Assembly: GCA_002269645.1 (NCBI GenBank)
Contig: NIVC01000795.1
Coordinates: forward strand, 62,001 to 126,000
Origin: Macrostomum lignano
Taxonomy: Eukaryota
Length of the DNA: 64,000 nucleotides
Direction: 5' to 3'
Each line of letters begins with the position of its first letter. Position 1 is the stretch's first letter. Below the pieces are notes generated by a model, which saw nothing but the letters and a program-made list of their open reading frames with translations, was not told the origin of the DNA and made no database searches. Both the position numbers and the translations under genes were made by a program. Below are positions 60,710 through 64,000 of the stretch, in pieces.

Positions 60710-64000
<3,291 letters not shown>

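Overview
Eukaryotic (metazoan) genomic DNA, not prokaryotic; there is no CRISPR array, rRNA or intact tRNA. GC3-rich exons, short introns and a different minisatellite in most longer introns and gene flanks suggest a free-living flatworm such as Macrostomum (inference only). I reconstructed about 17 protein-coding loci by hand from GT-AG sites with phase checks: PIH1D2-like (5'-partial), NICN1, an unidentified coiled-coil gene, a coiled-coil+MATH TRAF-like gene, AP2S1, an innexin, a DEG/ENaC channel, two tandem PAP2 lipid phosphatases (one with a 5-bp frameshifting duplication), RPS9, TMEM167B, WIP/verprolin, a small RING-HC protein, a DSL/EGF Notch-ligand-like gene, two tandem Shisa/WBP1/VOPP1-like PPxY membrane proteins and one doubtful micro-gene. 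An orphan SID-1-like exon, three candidate non-autonomous DNA transposons, tRNA-derived SINE pieces and about 20 tandem arrays are also present; one is a >3.2-kb (TATC)n running off the end. Most notable: a DSL ligand with no DOS motif and a lysine-free, tyrosine-motif tail; the Cys-rich/PPxY paralogue pair; the stranded SID-1 exon; two almost CpG-free AT-rich tracts 5' of intronless housekeeping CDSs; and minisatellites seeded at splice donors or copied in register between loci. All family calls are from remembered motifs, not database searches.
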